From an uncultured delta proteobacterium (GTDB taxonomy: Bacteria; Desulfobacterota; Binatia; Binatales; Binataceae), in the NCBI GenBank assembly GCA_963733715.1, contig CAVTEN010000010.1, positions 8,520 through 72,519 on the forward strand: a stretch of DNA of 64,000 nt, in the 5' to 3' direction. The notes below the pieces were generated by a model, which saw only the letters and a program-made list of their open reading frames with translations, had not been told where the DNA came from and ran no database searches. Shown in pieces: positions 41,499-53,610 of the stretch (the first letter of the stretch is position 1; each line of letters begins with the position of its first letter). Made by a program: the position numbers and the translations under genes.

Positions 41499-42668
41499 TC
41501 AGTAGTTGCGGACCTGTTCGAGGAAGCCTTTGAAGTTGCGAGTAATCTCGATCAGCGAATCGCCGCCGAACTTTTCCAGGAAAGCCGCCGCGAGTTCGAA
41601 CGCGACCACCGCTTCCGCGATAACGGCCGCGGCAGGAATCGCGCATACGTCGGATCGCTCGATCGCGCCGACCGCTTCCGCCTTGGTTTTGATATCGACC
41701 GATCGCAGCGGACGCATCAGCGTCGACAGCGGCTTGAACGCGACGCGCACCCGCAGCGGCTCGCCCGTGCTCATGCCGCCCTCGGTGCCGCCGGAATTAT
41801 TCGAATGGCGCGTGAAGCGATGGTGCGCGGCGTCGTAGCCGATTTCATCGTGCAGCTCGGATCCGCGAATCCGTCCCGCCGTGAATCCCAGGCCAAGCTC
41901 GACGCCCTTCGCCGCCTGCAGGCTGAGCAGCGCGAACGCGAGACGTCCGTCGAGTTTGCGATCCCATTGCACGTGACTGCCGAGCCCGACCGGCAAACCG
42001 GTCGCGACCACCTCGACGATACCGCCGAGCGTGTCGCCGGTCTTTTTGCACGCATCGATCTCGGCGATGATTTTGCTTTCCGCGTCGGGGTCAGCCACCC
42101 GCACTTGCGACGCTTCAGTGATGCGGCGCAGCTCCTCGACACTCATCTCGGGATGAGTCTTCGCCTCGGTTGCGCCGATGCTCGCGACATAGCCGAGCAC
42201 GTCGATTCCGAACGGCAGCAGAATCTGCTTTGCGAGCCCGCCAATCGCCACGCGCGCAGTGGTTTCGCGCGCCGACGCCCGTTCGAGCACGTCGCGAATA
42301 TCTTCGAGATTGTATTTCAGCACGCCCGCAAGGTCGGCATGGCCGGGCCGCGCGCGCGTGACAACGTCAGCCGCGCCGCGGTCGCCGGGATCGGCGGACA
42401 TCTTCTTGACCCAGTTCTTGAAGTCGCGGTTCTCGATGATGAAGGTGATGGGACTGCCGAGCGATTTGCCGAAGCGGATGCCGGAAACCGGACGCACCTC
42501 GTCCTTCTCGATCAGCATCCTGCCGCCGCGGCCGTAGCCCTTTTGTCGGCGCGCGAGGTCGCCGTTGATCGCGGCAATGTCGATGTCGAAGCCGGCCGGC
42601 ACGCCTTCGACCGTCGCGACCAGCTCGGGCCCGTGCGATTCACCGGCAGTCAGAAATCGGAGCGTCAT
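41499..42668 (-). CDS. aroC: Chorismate synthase
   Basis: MTLRFLTAGESHGPELVATVEGVPAG... from the internal Met; the 166-aa upstream extension of the ORF is spurious. Confidence 0.88.
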   Translation of the reverse strand: MTLRFLTAGESHGPELVATVEGVPAGFDIDIAAINGDLARRQKGYGRGGRMLIEKDEVRPVSGIRFGKSLGSPITFIIENRDFKNWVKKMSADPGDRGAADVVTRARPGHADLAGVLKYNLEDIRDVLERASARETTARVAIGGLAKQILLPFGIDVLGYVASIGATEAKTHPEMSVEELRRITEASQVRVADPDAESKIIAEIDACKKTGDTLGGIVEVVATGLPVGLGSHVQWDRKLDGRLAFALLSLQAAKGVELGLGFTAGRIRGSELHDEIGYDAAHHRFTRHSNNSGGTEGGMSTGEPLRVRVAFKPLSTLMRPLRSVDIKTKAEAVGAIERSDVCAIPAAAVIAEAVVAFELAAAFLEKFGGDSLIEITRNFKGFLEQVRNY

Positions 42669-42798
42669 GACCAGATTCAACCAGACTGGACGCGTCCGCG
42701 AAAGCGGTCTGCCGAACGTCAAAGTCGCGCCTCGGCGCAGTGGCGACTCGCCGCACCGCTCGCATGGGGTATAAGTTGCATGCGCAGAGATAGTCGAG

Positions 42799-45278
42799 AT
42801 GCAGGCCAATATTGTGATCGTCGGAGCGACGCGCGGATTCGAGACGCTGACGTATTCGATTCCGCCGACGCTCGACGGTCGTGTCCGACCGGGGCATCGC
42901 GTGCTCGCGCCGCTGCGCTCGCGCAAGGTGACGGGAGTGGTCACCGAGGTCGGCGAACGACTCTCGACGAGCGAGCTGAAGACCGATCCTCGAAGTGCTC
43001 GAGCCGCGACCGCTGTTCGATCGCGCGCATCTGCAACTGATGGAGTTCCTCGCGACTTACTACATGGTCTCGATTGCCGACGCGTACCGCAGCGTGATTC
43101 CCGCGGTCGCGCGCGTCGAGTCCAGGACGGCGTACAGCCTTGCGACTCCTCCCGACGCTCTGGCACGTGCAGCGTTCACGCGAGTCGAGCGCACGATTAT
43201 CGAAAAGATCGCGAAGGGTGCCGCGACTGACGCGCCAGCTCGAGAAAGCCGGCCCGCCGAGCGAAGTGCGCGCAACGATCGCGCGCTTCATCGCCGACGG
43301 CATCCTCGAGCGCCGCGACGCCACCACGGGACGGCATCGCGAGACTGCGGATCTGGTCGCGCGACTCGTCGCAGGCGCAAGCGTCGAGGGTGTTCGCGGC
43401 ACGAAGCAACGCGAAGTGCTGGGTGCGATCGCGAACGCCGGCGCGACCGGGCTGCGGGTCGAAAATCTGAAGACGGAAATCGACGGCGCGAGCGCTGCGT
43501 TGAAGAGTCTCGCGAGTCGCGGGCTGATCGCGATCGAGGCGGCGCCGACGACAACTCATGAGCGTTTCGGCGGCGGAGTACGATCTCACCGACGAGCAGC
43601 AAGTCGCGCTGGATGCGATTTCACCGGCGATCGAGCATCGCCGCTACGAAGCGTTTCTGCTGTGGGGCGTCACCGCCAGCGGCAAGACCGAAATTTATCT
43701 GAACCTCGCCGCGCGAGCGCTCGCGGCTGGGCGCAACGTTCTGATCATGGTGCCCGAGATCGCGCTGGCCGACGAAATCGTGCGCTCGTTTCGCGCGCGC
43801 TTCGGCTCGCTGGTCGGCATCGCGCACAGCGCGCAGAGCGTGACCGAGCGATGGGCGAGCTGGATGGCGGCGATTGGCGGGCAGGCGCGCGTGATGATCG
43901 GTCCGCGCTCGGTGATTTTCGCGCCGATGCACGACATCGGGTTGATCGTCGTCGACGAGGAGCACGACGCGTCGTACAAAAGCGAGGAAGGCATCTACTA
44001 TCACGCACGCGATCTCGCGGTCGCGCTCGCGGGATTTTCGCAGTGTCCCGTCGTGCTCGGCTCGGCGACGCCGTCGAGCGAGTCGTACGCAAATGCGCGG
44101 CGCGGACGGTACCGCCTGCTGCGTCTTTTACGCCGCGTGAACGATCGCGCGATGGCATCGGTCGAAATCGTCGATATGCGCCGCGAAGTCGCCGAGGCCC
44201 GCAAGCTGGCGGCGGCAAAGCCTACGAATGGAACCGGGCCGGGCGAAAAGAAGCCTCGCGAGCGGAAGTTCCGGACACGGTACCGCTCTCGACGACGTTG
44301 GTCGCGGCGCTGCGCGAAAATCTCGCGTCGGGCGGCCAGAGCATGGTGTTTCTCAATCGCCGCGGATTCCACAATTTTCTGCAATGCCACATTTGCGGCA
44401 ACGTGATCGCGTGCCCGAACTGCAGCGTCAGCATGACGTTTCATATGCGCGACCGCTCGCTCCGATGCCACTACTGCGGCAATCACACCGCGGCGCCCGA
44501 CACCTGCCCCGAATGCAAAGGCTACGGGCTCAAGGGGCAGGGCTTCGGCACCGAGAGGCTCACGCAAACGCTGGCGGAGCTGATGCCGGACGCGCGCATC
44601 GAGAGGATGGACTCCGACACCAGCAGTGTGCGCGGCGCGCGGGCGCGGATGCTGGCCGAGCTTCGCGCCGGCGAAATAGATATTCTCGTCGGCACGCAGA
44701 TGATCACCAAGGGTTTCGATTTTCCCGGCGTCACGCTGGCCGCGGTCGTCAACGCCGACATGGCGCTGAACATGCCCGACTTCCGTTCCGCCGAGCGCAC
44801 GTTCCAGTTGCTGACGCAGATCGCGGGACGCGCGGGCCGCGGCGAGCGTCCGGGCCGCGTGATCATCCAGACCTACGCGCCGCATCACTACAGCATCCGC
44901 GCCGCCAAGGATCAGGACTACGCCCGGTTCATGCGCCGCGAGCTGGAACTGCGCCGCGACCTTATGTATCCGCCGTTCGCGCGGCTCGCGATGGTGCGAA
45001 TCGAAGGCGCGGAGCCGCAAATTGTCAGGCGCATGGCCGAGGCGGTCGCGAAATCGCTGTCGAAGGACTCGACGCCGGAAGGACTCCGCGTGCTTGGTCC
45101 CGCGCCGGCGCCGATCGAACGGATCAAGCAGCGCTACCGCTGGCAGGTGATGATAAAATCGCGCGAATTAAAACCGATGCGCGCCGCAATTTCCGCGATG
45201 CGCGCCGAAGTCGGCCCGTCGGCAGAGCGCGACGATATATTTCTTGCGATCGATATCGATCCGGTAAGGATGCTGTGA
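42799..45278 (+). CDS. priA: Primosomal protein N' (PriA helicase), about four frameshifts
   Basis: N-terminal 3'BD, Walker A GVTASGKTE, DEEH box, Cys-rich zinc-binding region (CHICGN..CPNC..C..C) and C-terminal domain spread over ORFs 42799.., 42995.., 43140.., 43558.. Confidence 0.85.
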
Positions 45279-45291
45279 GCGGTAAAGCAAA

Positions 45292-46236
45292 ATGAACGAG
45301 ACGAACGAACATCACCCGATTCATCATGTGCCGCGCGCGCGTCACGCCTTCGACGTGAAGATGCACGACGGCGCGACGATTCACGTTCGCCAGCACGGTA
45401 TCCCCGGCGCGCCGCGCCTCGTGCTCAGTCATGGCAACGGGCTCGCGATCGACGGCTACTTTCCATTCTGGGGACCGCTGCGCGCGCGCTACGAAGTGAT
45501 CGTCTTCGACTTCCGCAATCATGGGCACAATCCGCTGCACGGCGCCGAAGGGCACACCTGGCAGAACTTCATCGCGGATATGGATGTGGTCTGGCATGCG
45601 ATCAATCGCGAGCTTGGTGCGAAGCCTGCCGCCGGCCTGTTCCATTCGCTGTCGGGCGTCACCGCTGCGATGCATGCGCTCAAGTACGGGCGGCGATTCG
45701 ACGCGCTGGTGCTGTTCGATCCGCCGGTCTATCCGCGCGCCGGTCATCCGATTCAGTACCTGCAGCAATCCGACAAGGAGTCGCTCGCCTCGCGCGCGGC
45801 GCGGCGTCCCGAGCGCTACAAGGATCCGCTGGATCTCGCGAAGCAGTTTGCCAGGCGCTTCAAGAGTTGGGTGCCTGACGCATACGAGCTGATGGCGCGC
45901 GCGACCCTGCGGCACGATCGCGCGAGCGGCGACTGGATCCTCGCGTGTCCGCGCGAGTACGAGGCGCACGTTTTTTCCAGCGGCGCGAATCCCGATCTGT
46001 GGCCGCAGATGGCGCATTGCCCGGTGCCGGTGAAACTCGTGTGCGGAGATCCTACGATCGACGAAGCGATGCCGCCGGCGCTGATCGGACAAGCGATGGC
46101 CGAAGAGCTCGGGCTGCCGTACGAAGCGATTCCGGGCACGACGCATTTTCTACAAATCGAGCGCCCCGACGAGTGTATCCGCGCCGTCGAATCGTTTCTC
46201 GCGCCGCTCGGACTCGCCGCGCCAGCTACCCTTTGA
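45292..46236 (+). CDS. Alpha/beta-hydrolase fold protein
   Basis: 314 aa; nucleophile-elbow-like HSLSG and C-terminal His. Confidence 0.6.
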   Translation: MNETNEHHPIHHVPRARHAFDVKMHDGATIHVRQHGIPGAPRLVLSHGNGLAIDGYFPFWGPLRARYEVIVFDFRNHGHNPLHGAEGHTWQNFIADMDVVWHAINRELGAKPAAGLFHSLSGVTAAMHALKYGRRFDALVLFDPPVYPRAGHPIQYLQQSDKESLASRAARRPERYKDPLDLAKQFARRFKSWVPDAYELMARATLRHDRASGDWILACPREYEAHVFSSGANPDLWPQMAHCPVPVKLVCGDPTIDEAMPPALIGQAMAEELGLPYEAIPGTTHFLQIERPDECIRAVESFLAPLGLAAPATL

Positions 46237-46253
46237 TAGATTTCTAAATACAG

Positions 46254-46796
46254 ATGGCGCTGCTGAAAATTCGCAAGTTTCCCGACGATACGCTCAAGGA
46301 GCCGGCCGCGCCGGTCAAGAATATCAACGGCAACGTCGAGGGGCTGATCGACAGCATGGTGCAGACCATGTACGCCGCGCCGGGCGTGGGTCTCGCGGCG
46401 CCGCAGGTTGGAGAGTCGAAGCGGATCATAGTGCTCGACACCGATCACGAAAATCCGGGCAAGCATCTGCTGAAACTGATCAACCCGCAGGTGGTCGAGG
46501 CCGAGGGCAAGATCGTTTGGGAAGAAGGATGCCTGTCGGTGATCGATTACACCGCCGACGTGGAACGCGCGGCGCACGTGCTGGTGCGCGCGTGGACGCC
46601 CGATGAAAAAGAAATCGAAATCGAAGCCGACGAATTGCTCGCGGTCGCGCTGCAGCATGAGATCGATCACCTGGACGGCAAGCTCTTCATCGATCGCATC
46701 AGCCGAATCAAGCGTGAACTCTACAAGCGCAAACTCAAGAAGCTAATCAAGGAGGGAAAAGCCGACGACGTGCGTCCCTCCACGGTGCGAATCTAA
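46254..46796 (+). CDS. def: Peptide deformylase
   Basis: GVGLAAPQVG, EGCLS and HEIDHLDG motifs. Confidence 0.92.
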   Translation: MALLKIRKFPDDTLKEPAAPVKNINGNVEGLIDSMVQTMYAAPGVGLAAPQVGESKRIIVLDTDHENPGKHLLKLINPQVVEAEGKIVWEEGCLSVIDYTADVERAAHVLVRAWTPDEKEIEIEADELLAVALQHEIDHLDGKLFIDRISRIKRELYKRKLKKLIKEGKADDVRPSTVRI

Positions 46797-46824
46797 AATC
46801 GCTGAACCACTAAAGATTGTTTTC

Positions 46825-47766
46825 ATGGGCACTCCCGCCTTGGCGGCCCATATCTTGGAGCGGCTCGTGACGGCTTCAGGAGCCAACTTCAGAGTCGTCG
46901 GAGTTGTCACGCGTCCCGACCAGCCGCGCGGCCGCGGACTCGGCATGGAGCCGAGCGAAGTCGGCGCAGTCGCGGCGAAGCATGGAATCCCGACATTGAA
47001 GCCGATCAAAATTCGAACGCCGGAATTTCTGGGCGAGCTGAAAGCATTCGAGCCTGATCTCCTGGTGGTGGCGGCCTACGGACGAATTCTGCCGAACTCG
47101 ATTCTCGACGTTCCGAAGATCGCGCCGATGAACGTGCACGCATCGCTGTTGCCGCGTCATCGCGGCGCCGCTCCGGTCGAAGGCGCGATCCTCGCGGGCG
47201 ACGCCGAGACGGGAGTCACGATCATGCGGATCATCGAGCAGATGGACGCCGGCCCGATGTACTTCCAGCGCAAGATTCCGATCGAGCCGAACGACACCCA
47301 GGGAACGCTGAAAGAAAAACTCGCGGAGTTAGGCGCGTCCGCGATGCTCGAGGCGATCGATCTCGCCGCGCGCGGCGCGCTGGTCGAAACGCCGCAGGAC
47401 GAATCGCTCGCCACCTACACCGCGCAAGTCGAAAAGAAGGACGCGGTGATCGATTGGACTTCGAGCGCCGCGCAGATCGAGCGGATGACGCGCGCGTACG
47501 ATCCCTGGCCCGTCGCGCGCACGCGTCTGGGCGGTGACGAAGTTCTCATCTGGCGCGCCGCGGTCGAGGATGAATCTCAGTGGGGCGGGCCGCCGTGCCC
47601 GCCATCCGCTCCCGGCACGATCGTCAGCGTCAAGCCGAATCCCGTGGTCCAGTGCGGCGTCGGAAAACTCAGGCTGGTCGAGGTGCAAGCGCCAGGGCGA
47701 AAGAGAATGTCCGCGGCTGATTTCCTTCGCGGCAAACGCGTGGAAGCCGGCGCGCGATTCGGCTGA
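46825..47766 (+). CDS. fmt: Methionyl-tRNA formyltransferase
   Basis: Formyl-transferase N- and C-domains; the def-fmt pair. Confidence 0.9.
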   Translation: MGTPALAAHILERLVTASGANFRVVGVVTRPDQPRGRGLGMEPSEVGAVAAKHGIPTLKPIKIRTPEFLGELKAFEPDLLVVAAYGRILPNSILDVPKIAPMNVHASLLPRHRGAAPVEGAILAGDAETGVTIMRIIEQMDAGPMYFQRKIPIEPNDTQGTLKEKLAELGASAMLEAIDLAARGALVETPQDESLATYTAQVEKKDAVIDWTSSAAQIERMTRAYDPWPVARTRLGGDEVLIWRAAVEDESQWGGPPCPPSAPGTIVSVKPNPVVQCGVGKLRLVEVQAPGRKRMSAADFLRGKRVEAGARFG

Positions 47767-49147
47767 TGAGCGAAGACCAGACGAAAGCGAAAGTCGCGCT
47801 CGCGCGAACTGACGAAGGGCTCGCGTCGCGGATGGCGGCGGTCGAGATTCTCTATCCGCGTCGATCAGGAGTCCGCCTATGCCGACGTTCTGCTCGGCGG
47901 GCGGCTTCCCGATTTCGCGCCGGCTGACAGAAGGCTGATCACGCGGCTGGTGTTGGGAACGCTCGCGTGGCAGGGACGCCTCGACTTCGAGCTGCCGCAT
48001 CTCACCGGGCGCAAGCTCGCCGGGATTCAGCCTGAGGCGTTGGCAATCATGCGGATGGGGCTTTTTCAGCTTCGATTTCTCGATCGGATTCCGCAGCACG
48101 CTGTGGTCGATACCGCGGTCAGTCTCGCCAAACGAATTCCCGCGGCGCGCAAAGCGTCGGGCTTCGTCAACGCCGTGATGCGTCGCGCGACCCGCGAGAC
48201 CGCGCCGATGCCTGCGCGCGAAAGCAATGAAAAAAGTTATCTCGCGGTTGCGTATTCGCATCCGCGCTGGATGGTCGAGCGATTCGTCGATTGGTTCGGC
48301 GTCGAGAATGCCGAGCGCCTGATGACGGCGAACAACGACGCCGCGCCCAACGTGATCAGGCTGAATCTCGCGCGCGGGTCTCGTGCCGAAATAATCGAGA
48401 AGCTGACCGAGGACGGTTTCGAGATTGGCACGCCCGGCCGCGCAGCCCGAGACCATCGTGCTGAGCGGCGCGCCGCATTTCGAGTCGCGTGCGTATCGCG
48501 AGGGCCTGTTCCACGCGCAATCCGAGGCGTCGCAGATGGTCGTGCGGATGCTGGCTCCCAGAGCCGGCGCGACCGTCGTGGATTGTGCCGCTGCGCCGGG
48601 AGGCAAGGCGACTCATCTCGCGGAGATGGTCGGCGAACGCGGACGAGTGATCGCCGTCGACCTCAATTTCAACGGACTCAAGAACGCGCGCGACCTGGCG
48701 CGCCGCCTGCGTCATCGCAATCTCGAGTTCGTTTGCGCCGATCTGGCTGTATCGCTGCCGCTTGCGCCGTCGAGCGTCGAGTACGTGCTCCTCGACGCGC
48801 CGTGCACTGGACTCGGGACACTTCGAGAGCATCCTGAAATAAAGTGGCGCCTCAAACCGACCGACTCGGCGCGCATGGCTGCGATTCAATCGCAGATGCT
48901 CGACCACGCGGCGGCGCTCGTGCGTCCCGGCGGCGCGATCGTGTATTCGGTTTGCAGTATCGCGCCCGAAGAGGGCGAAAACGTGGTCGATGGATTTCTG
49001 GCGCGCCACGCCGATTTCGCTATCGATCACGGCTTGGTGGGTCGAGACGAGTTTATAGACGTCATCGATGCGCGAGGTTTCATGAAGACCCGGCCCGACC
49101 TCGGCGGGCTCGACGGATTCTTTGCCGCGCGATTGATTCGGCGCTAG
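47766..49147 (+). CDS. rsmB: 16S rRNA (cytosine967-C5)-methyltransferase RsmB/Sun, about two frameshifts
   Basis: NusB-like N-domain in ORF 47950..48837; SAM-MTase catalytic domain (DCAAAPGGKATHLA, DAPCTGLGTLR) in ORF 48425..49147. Confidence 0.8.
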
Positions 49148-49215
49148 AATTTTAATTAACTACGGCGCACGCACGTGGACCATCACTTCATACCCTTCGG
49201 GCCGGGCGGCGACTG

Positions 49216-49897
49216 ATGATCGCGGGGGCTGCCAGAGCCGGTAGCGATTCGAATCCGAATCACTTGGGTCCGATTACCTGGACGCTCGCGTTCACGTTGG
49301 GCGTGCTCACGCTCATACTCGCCGGCTGTTCCTCGCAGAATTACACGCCCGCGTCGCTGCCTGCCACGAGCTATCACTACGCGCCGTCGGTGCAGAGTTA
49401 TGGAACGTCGCGCACCGAGGTCGCTTCATGGTACGGCCCCGGCTTCGCGGGACGGCGCACCAGCAGCGGCGAGACTTACAATCCCGAGGGCCTGACTGCC
49501 GCGTCCAAAACTCTGCCGCTGGGATCGCACGTGAGAGTGACCAACCCCGACACTGGCAGGTCGGTGGTAGTCCGAATCAACGATCGCGGACCGTTCGTTC
49601 GCGGCCGCTCGCTCGACCTGTCGCATGGCGCCGCGCAACGAAATCGGGCTGACCGGCAAGGGAGTAGGCAGGGTGCAGGTGACGCCTACCGCGACCAGCA
49701 CGCCGGCCCTGAGTTCCGACACGTCGACGTATGCCGAAAGCTCCGTCACCACCACGTCACGCCATGTGAGTTACGTCTCGTACTCGCGGCCGACACACGT
49801 CGCAGTCAGACGCCGTCACTATCGCTACGCTTCGTCGCACCGAAGTGTCTCAAATCCCATCGGCGCCTGGCTCTCCAGCGCACTCCCGCGATTCTGA
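49216..49897 (+). CDS. rlpA: Septal ring lytic transglycosylase RlpA-like lipoprotein (DPBB domain), frameshift near 49630
   Basis: [58 protein letters not shown] is RlpA-like. Confidence 0.75.
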
Positions 49898-49934
49898 AGC
49901 GCCGCCCGATTCGATTCGCAATTGAGCCGGTTGC

Positions 49935-50524
49935 GATGGACCTGATTACTCAGTTCAGGACGATGGCGCAGTACAACACGCTGATGAACCGTAGCATCTA
50001 TGACACCTGCGGCGCGCTCAGCGACGTGGAGCGCAAGCGCGATGTGCACGCGTTTTTCGGTTCGATTCATCGAACGCTGGATCATCTGCTGCTAACCGAT
50101 CGCGTGCAGATGGGGCGGTTTGTCGGCGCGGATCGCATGCGATCGCTCGACGATAGCGGGCGCGAGATCGAGATTCGCTCTCTCGATCAGGAACTGTACG
50201 CGGATTTTGCGACACTGCGGCGCGAGCGGGAAAAGACCGACAGCTGCGATCGAAGCATGGACAGCATCAAACGAAATCACGGCCGAATTCCTTGCGCGCG
50301 AGATGTCGTATGACGCGATGTCAGCGTCAGGCCGGTACTCGTGTGCCGATGTGGATCGCAGTGACGCATTTTTTCAATCATCAGACACACCATCGCGGAC
50401 AAATCACGACTCTGCTGAGCTCAACTCGGACACGATCCGCGGAGTGACCGATCTGATGGCGTTGCACCGCGATAAAGATCGCATAGGCGCTTTGTCGCTC
50501 GGCGGCAATGCGCTGCTAGTCTGA
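49935..50524 (+). CDS. DinB/YfiT-like (DinB_2) metal-dependent hydrolase family protein, frameshifted
   Basis: [33 protein letters not shown]... at the start; C-terminus is in another frame. Confidence 0.5.
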
Positions 50525-50528
50525 CGCA

Positions 50529-51224
50529 ATGAGCAAATCTCCACATCCAGATCCCGCCGACAAAATTGCGCCGTCGATTCTGTCCGCTGACTTCGCGCGG
50601 CTCGGCGAGGAAATTCGCGCGGTCGAAAAGGCCGGCGCCGACATGATTCATTTCGACGTGATGGACGGGCACTTCGTGCCTAACATCTCGATTGGAATCC
50701 CGGTGATGGAGTCGGTGCGCAAGGTGACCAAGCTGCCGCTCGACGCGCACCTGATGATTTCCGAGCCGGCGCGCTACGTCGAGGCATTCGTGAAGGCGGG
50801 CGCCAATTCAATTTCGGTGCATTGCGAGGTCTGCCCCGACATCCCCGCGATGGCGAAGCGAATCCACGACCTCGGCGCGCGCGCGTCAATCGGAATCAAT
50901 CCCGAGACCGACGCCGACAAGGTGCTGCCCTTCGCCGAGCATCTCGACATGATCCTCGTGATGAGCGTGCATCCGGGCTTCGGCGGCCAGGAGTTCATCC
51001 CGGCCGCACTCGACAAGCTGCGCTACATCCGGCGCGAGCTGAAACGTCGCGGACTCAGCATCGACGTCGAGATCGACGGCGGCGTGAAGCTCGACAATAT
51101 CGCGGACGTGAAGGCCGCCGGCGCCAACGTCTTCGTCTCCGGCTCAGGAATCTTCGGCAAGCCCGACTACACAAAAATCATGGCCGAGATGCGCGACCTG
51201 GTCGCGCACACGCACGCGCCATGA
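50529..51224 (+). CDS. rpe: Ribulose-phosphate 3-epimerase
   Basis: 231 aa; PSILSADF...HFDVMDGHFVPN...VHPGFGGQ consensus. Confidence 0.92.
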   Translation: MSKSPHPDPADKIAPSILSADFARLGEEIRAVEKAGADMIHFDVMDGHFVPNISIGIPVMESVRKVTKLPLDAHLMISEPARYVEAFVKAGANSISVHCEVCPDIPAMAKRIHDLGARASIGINPETDADKVLPFAEHLDMILVMSVHPGFGGQEFIPAALDKLRYIRRELKRRGLSIDVEIDGGVKLDNIADVKAAGANVFVSGSGIFGKPDYTKIMAEMRDLVAHTHAP

Positions 51225-51678
51225 AGCCCCGCCACGCGGCCGCGCTCGCGCTTGTGGGCTGGTATCTGATGGGTGCCGACGCACGCGACCGAGCCTCACG
51301 CCTATTCCGCTGACCGATAGGCCGCTAGTGGAATGGCAAATTCTGAAGCTCATGGGAAACGCAGAAAGACTGCGACGGCGCTTTGAAGGCATGCGATTCA
51401 CACGCTCGCAACATCTTACATAAATACTCGGAGTCAAACGGCGAGTACGAAAGAAGAATTCGTACGCGTTAGGACCGAGGCTGAACAGGCTCGGCATTCA
51501 ATCTGTGTCGCCTCGGACGATCTCCGCCTCAAACCGAAATAAGACACTCACAGTGCTGAAATTCAGACACTCAGCCCCGAATTAAAACGGCGCCCGACAG
51601 TTCGCCGGACTCGCGCGCTATCCCCTCGGATGCTATAACCACTCGTCTGTATCTTTCCCGATCACGCTCAACCGGAGA

Positions 51679-51753
51679 CGGGGTGTAGCTCAGCCTGGCC
51701 AGAGCACTGCGTTCGGGACGCAGGAGTCGCTGGTTCAAATCCAGTCACCCCGA
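51679..51753 (+). tRNA. tRNA-Pro (anticodon CGG); CCA not encoded
   Basis: Cloverleaf folds by hand: acceptor CGGGGTG/CACCCCG, anticodon loop TTCGGGA, T-loop GGTTCAAATCC; resembles E. coli proK. Confidence 0.85.
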
Positions 51754-51794
51754 TTTTTCAGTGAATTGCCCTCCGGGGGCCAGTCAGCACAACC

Positions 51795-52406
51795 GTGATC
51801 ACTGAGATCCTTCTGATACTCGGCGCCTACCTGATCGGGTCGATTCCGACCGGCGTGATCGTCGGACGGATGCGCGGCTTCGATCCGCGCGCTGTCGGCT
51901 CCGGCAATATCGGGACGTCCAACGTGGTGCGCGCGGGCGGCATGAGTGCGGCGGTGATGACTCTCGTTGGCGACGCGCTCAAGGGCGCGATTCCGGTGAT
52001 TGTCGCGCGCGCCGCGGGCTTTCCTGCCTGCGACAATCGCGTGGGTCGGCCTGGCCGCGTTCATCGGCGCGATTTGCTCTGTCTTCCTCGGCTTTCAGCG
52101 GCGGCAAGGGCATCGCTTGCCGGGCTGGGAATCTGGCTGGCGATCTCGCCGATGGTGATTCTGTTCGCGCTCGCGGCCTTCGCCGTGGTCCTCGCGATAA
52201 GCCGAATCATGTCGCTGGCCTCGATGGCTGCGGCGATCGTGCTGCCGCCGGCGGTCGCCGTCCTCGGCTTGCCGCATCACTATTTGCTGCTCGCGATCCT
52301 GATGACGGCGCTGGCCCTGTTTCGCCATCGCGAGAATATCCAGCGCCTGTCGCGTGGCGAGGAGCCGAAGTTCCAGCCCAAGCGCAGCGGCAGCGCCGCG
52401 TCCTGA
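51795..52406 (+). CDS. plsY: Glycerol-3-phosphate acyltransferase PlsY, about two frameshifts in the middle
   Basis: LGAYLIGSIPTGVIVGR, GSGNIGTSNVVRAGG, VMTLVGDALKGAIPV motifs; residues ~80-115 out of frame. Confidence 0.8.
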   Translation: MITEILLILGAYLIGSIPTGVIVGRMRGFDPRAVGSGNIGTSNVVRAGGMSAAVMTLVGDALKGAIPVIVARAAGFPACDNRVGRPGRVHRRDLLCLPRLSAAARASLAGLGIWLAISPMVILFALAAFAVVLAISRIMSLASMAAAIVLPPAVAVLGLPHHYLLLAILMTALALFRHRENIQRLSRGEEPKFQPKRSGSAAS

Positions 52407-52614
52407 AAAGTGCCCGCCGATTAATCGGACGCCCGCCAGTTAAGCATCCTGCAGAGCTCCCGAGCAAGCCTGAGAACAATTGTGATGCTGCCGTGCGTAT
52501 CGCAACGGCCAGTGCCGCGTTGGCATCGCGCTTGCGTTGCCCTTGCGCCGGATGTTGCCGCGATCCCGCCGGATGGACTAGGTATCTGTCTGCAGCAATC
52601 GAGGAGATAGGCCT

Positions 52615-53013
52615 ATGACATCAGCGGAAAAAAAGGAATTAGCCACGGAATTTCTCAGCGAGTTCGAAGATCCCGATCCGGTCCGGCTCGCCACGATGGT
52701 CGCCAACGACTTCGAGTGGAAGGTCATGACCAGGATGGCGGGCATGCCTCCGGTGAAGGGCCACGAAGGGCTCAAGAATCTCGCGAAGAGGATCAAGACG
52801 ATGATGCCGGGCGGACTCGGCCTGAAAATCGAGACCATCATTTGCGAAGGCGACCGCTGCGCGGTGCAGGCGGAATCGAACACCACCGCGGCTAACGGCA
52901 AGAAATACAACAATCGCTACCACTTCGACATCCGCTTCGACGGCGACAAGATTGCCGAGGTGCGCGAGTATTGCGATACCAATCACGCCCGGGAGGTTTT
53001 CTTCAGCGAGTAA
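52615..53013 (+). CDS. NTF2-like/SnoaL-like small protein
   Basis: 132-aa ORF; fold assignment tentative. Confidence 0.4.
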   Translation: MTSAEKKELATEFLSEFEDPDPVRLATMVANDFEWKVMTRMAGMPPVKGHEGLKNLAKRIKTMMPGGLGLKIETIICEGDRCAVQAESNTTAANGKKYNNRYHFDIRFDGDKIAEVREYCDTNHAREVFFSE

Positions 53014-53135
53014 CGCGCCCCGCGGAACCGCCCTGGTGCGCGCGCGGAAATGAGGGTCTTGAACCAACTCCTCCGAAGAGAATGGTTATTGGGGATGGGG
53101 CGGGGGCCGGCATATGTCTCGCGCGGCCAGTCTGA

Positions 53136-53495
<360 letters not shown>

Positions 53496-53553
53496 TAATT
53501 CTGTCGCTATACCCTTTCGCGAAAGACGCGCTGCGCGGATTTCGCGTCTTCTC

Positions 53554-53610
53554 TTTCACTGGGTGCAGGGGTCACCCCCGCGACGGTGTCGATGCCGCCC
53601 ACCGCGCAGG
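53554..53610. repeat. Extragenic palindromic repeat, family C, copy 2
   Basis: Shares CACTGGGTGCAGGGGTCACCCCC...GCCGCCCACCGCGCAGG with 23826..23870; overlaps the acyl-CoA dehydrogenase 3' end. Confidence 0.75.

Noticed and set aside
41499-43166. 555-aa ORF for aroC
   Set aside because: The first 166 residues are a non-conserved GC-frame extension. True chorismate synthase starts at MTLRFLTAGESHGP (42668).
49216-50313. Single 365-aa ORF spanning rlpA and the DinB-like gene
   Set aside because: It is a chimeric read-through created by frameshifts: the RlpA domain ends near 49900 and a separate DinB-family protein starts at Met 49935.
51679-52406. tRNA-Pro as a possible integration hotspot for a genomic island
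   Set aside because: No integrase, direct repeat of the tRNA 3' end or compositional shift downstream; plsY follows immediately.
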